Assembly (NCBI GenBank): GCA_965203445.1
Contig: OZ241883.1
Location: forward strand, 384,001-448,000
Source: Candidatus Oxydemutator sp.
GTDB taxonomy: Bacteria > Pseudomonadota > Gammaproteobacteria > Poriferisulfidales > Oxydemutatoraceae
Reading direction: 5' to 3'
DNA length: 64,000 nt
In this document: piece by piece, positions 61,659-64,000 of the stretch
Numbering within the stretch: position 1 is the first letter of the stretch
How the letters are laid out: each line of letters opens with the position of its first letter
Made by a program: the position numbers and the translations under genes
Notes under the pieces: generated by a model
Seen by the model: the letters and a program-made list of their open reading frames with translations, nothing else
Told to the model about the DNA's origin: nothing
Database searches by the model: none

Positions 61659-62657
61659 ATGAACACACTGCTGATCACGGGCGGCGCGGGCTTCGTAGGC
61701 CACGCCGTCATCGAACATTTTCTGAAAACCACCGACTGGAACGTCGTTTCGCTCGACCGCCTCGACTATTCCGGCAACCTCAACCGCCTGAGCGAGGTCA
61801 TCGGCGACGATCCCGACTATAAGCGGCGCCTGCGGGTGGTGTGGCACGACCTCAAGGCCGAGATCAACCCCACCGTCGCCTCTCATATCGGCAAAGCCGA
61901 CTACATCTTTCACGTGGCCGCGGCCTCGCACGTGGATCGCAGCATCGAGGATCCGCTGTCTTTTGCGATGGACAACGTCGTCGGCACCGTCAATCTGCTG
62001 AACTTCGCCCGCCACTATCAATCCGACAAGCTGAAGCTACTCATTTATTTCAGCACCGACGAAGTCTTCGGGCCGGCGCCGCCGGGGGTGCACTATCGTG
62101 AAAACGACCGCTACGACTGCGGCAATCCCTATTCGGCCTCCAAGGCCGGCGCCGAGGAGTTTGCGCTGGCGTTCGAGAACACCTACCAGATACCGGTCAT
62201 CGTGACCCACACGATGAACGTGTTCGGCGTCCGCCAGCACCCGGAGAAGTATATTCCCAAGGTCATCCGCCACGTTCTCGACGGCGAGAGCATCCCGATC
62301 CACGCCGACGAAACCCGCACCATTCCGGGTTCGCGCCACTACATCAGCACCGCGGACGTGGCGCTCGCGCTCGAGTTTCTGGTGGCCAACCACACGCTGC
62401 GCGAGAAATACAACGTCGTCGGCAAAGAGGAGATAGACAATCTGCAACTGGCGCTGAAGATCGCCGACTGCGTCGGCAAGCCGTTGCAATACGAGCTGGT
62501 GGATTTCCACTCGTCGCGTCCGGGGCACGATCTGCGCTACGCGTTGAGCGGCGACAAGATGAAGCGTCTGGGTTGGGAGCCGAGAGGAATCGAGCAGCGG
62601 CTGGATGAGACCGTGCAGTGGTATCTGCGACACCGGCAGAAATGGCTGTATGGATAA
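61659..62657 (+). CDS. NDP-sugar 4,6-dehydratase (RmlB-like extended SDR)
   Basis: ITGGAGFVG, AAASHVDRSI, STDEVFG, YSASK and RPGHDLRYAL. Confidence 0.9.
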   Translation: MNTLLITGGAGFVGHAVIEHFLKTTDWNVVSLDRLDYSGNLNRLSEVIGDDPDYKRRLRVVWHDLKAEINPTVASHIGKADYIFHVAAASHVDRSIEDPLSFAMDNVVGTVNLLNFARHYQSDKLKLLIYFSTDEVFGPAPPGVHYRENDRYDCGNPYSASKAGAEEFALAFENTYQIPVIVTHTMNVFGVRQHPEKYIPKVIRHVLDGESIPIHADETRTIPGSRHYISTADVALALEFLVANHTLREKYNVVGKEEIDNLQLALKIADCVGKPLQYELVDFHSSRPGHDLRYALSGDKMKRLGWEPRGIEQRLDETVQWYLRHRQKWLYG

Positions 62658-63873
62658 ACCCCCTTTCATTCTCCGCCTGACGAGGCGCTTGCGGCATGAA
62701 ATCAGTCAGATGCGCAAGGCCGCCACCGACGCATGCACGACGATGTACTACGAATTCGGGATCGAAAAGTATCCGGTTCTCGCCCGCGCCGCCCAAAAAA
62801 TCATCTCGCCAGTGCCCCGCACCTACACCGATACTTACATCCACGAAGAGCCAACCGCCGATTACATCGGCGCACCCACCGTCTCCCACCACCATGACGC
62901 ATACATCGTCGCCACCTACCCGGTGGACGCGCACGTGCAAAAAAGCAACCTCACTTTCCTATATTTTCACCCCCGGCACATGGCATGTTCGTACTATTCT
63001 TCTTTCGCGGAAATGCACACTTTTTACTACACTCCGTTCGAGGACTACATTTATACGTGCGCCACCATACGCAACGCGATATTGTACGATTACGACACGT
63101 TGCTGGAAAGAAACTATTCGTTCGACACGGAGAACGGCGAGATTTACATTTTTTGGATGCAGCTTCCCCGCTTCATCAAGAAGATGGCTGCAAAAAACCC
63201 GCGTTTGCGGGAAAAACTTTTTGTATGGAACATGGAACAATTGAGCATTCCCAGATACCAAATAGACGCCCGCCGCCAGTACACCGCCTCGAACTATCCC
63301 AAAGTCTTGACCCACTCCCCGTCCAACCTGCGGTTTTTGCCGCCTGGATCCATAGTTCTCCCGTACCGCCGCGATCCGCGGGAGGTGGCGAAACTACAAG
63401 CTTGCTCGGCGGGTGCCTTCGAGTACGACGTGGCCTTCGTCGGCGATGCCAACGAGCGTAGAGGCAACGTGCTGCGCGCCCTCGAGGCAAGAGGCATCAA
63501 AATTATTCACCTGACGAACACCTATGGAGACGCGCGTGATGAACTCATCGGCAAGGCGAAAATCCTTCTGAACGTTCAGTGGAGCAAAGCCCACGCAATT
63601 TATCCGCACCAGCGTTGCGACCGCTGGATGTTCGCCGGCAAACTGATCGTCTCGAATGAATGCCTCGATCAGGATCAACTCGACGTGCACGCCAACGTCG
63701 TATTCGCCCCGCATGACCGACTGGTGGACAAGGTCGAAGAAATGCTCGCGGACTTCGACCGCTTTCAGCACGAATACACGAACAACGACCTCGAGAAAAT
63801 CGCGCGCGAAAGAGACATGTACTGGCATTGCTTCGTCGAGAATGCACAATTCAGTAATCTGCCGACGAATTAG
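62650..63873 (+). CDS. Hypothetical protein, probable GT-B glycosyltransferase-like
   Basis: YDVAFVG...RR...YGDARDELIGKAKILLNV...RCDRW...LIVS; coupled to the dehydratase; lower GC. Confidence 0.55.
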   Translation: MDKPPFILRLTRRLRHEISQMRKAATDACTTMYYEFGIEKYPVLARAAQKIISPVPRTYTDTYIHEEPTADYIGAPTVSHHHDAYIVATYPVDAHVQKSNLTFLYFHPRHMACSYYSSFAEMHTFYYTPFEDYIYTCATIRNAILYDYDTLLERNYSFDTENGEIYIFWMQLPRFIKKMAAKNPRLREKLFVWNMEQLSIPRYQIDARRQYTASNYPKVLTHSPSNLRFLPPGSIVLPYRRDPREVAKLQACSAGAFEYDVAFVGDANERRGNVLRALEARGIKIIHLTNTYGDARDELIGKAKILLNVQWSKAHAIYPHQRCDRWMFAGKLIVSNECLDQDQLDVHANVVFAPHDRLVDKVEEMLADFDRFQHEYTNNDLEKIARERDMYWHCFVENAQFSNLPTN

Positions 63874-64000
63874 CGACCATATCGGCAATGAAATCTCAGC
63901 AATTCGCCGACGGAAACTACGAGGTGTATCAGTGTTAGCGGCGATCGAGGCAACCAGGCTACGGGTGTCGAAAAGCACCGAGGCAAAGAAGAAATCGCTG

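Noticed and set aside
63888-63938. Short ORF MKSQQFADGNYEVYQC at the window end
   Set aside because: Stops after 16 codons; too little sequence to interpret.

Overview
GC-rich gammaproteobacterial chromosome segment. The core genes are gltB (partial), aroB, aroK, mrcA, hemE, gltD, yqeY, rpsU, aroE, a gamma-carbonic anhydrase, minor pilins, topA, rpsT, proB, lptD-surA-pdxA-rsmA-apaG-apaH, folA, thyA, lgt, tRNA-Pro, gpmI and tatABC. Several accessory insertions interrupt them. (1) A ~20.6 kb defence island lies between mrcA and hemE. Its type III R-M mod and res genes are separated by a PHP-ABC ATPase, a Schlafen/AlbA_2 protein, a DUF4011-helicase-nuclease and an ABC ATPase + PD-(D/E)xK pair. 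Duplicated IS3-relic/antitoxin/Fic modules and a 4x101-bp palindromic tandem repeat flank this core. (2) The most striking feature is a 1327-bp element in the 3' end of rsmA. It encodes only an apparently intact TnpB but has 28-bp terminal inverted repeats and an 8-bp target-site duplication, which are IS1595-family-like DDE ends rather than IS200/IS605 ends. Its predicted omega-RNA can pseudoknot with the TIR terminus. (3) An orphan NHLP-leader (proteusin-type) RiPP precursor. (4) MITE-associated glycosylation genes, a catalytically degenerate Fic and an lptB fragment. A Fur-boxed promoter with a possible sRNA, a structured-RNA candidate upstream of rpsU and many apparently leaderless genes were also noticed. 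All calls come from reading motifs by eye; no searches were run.
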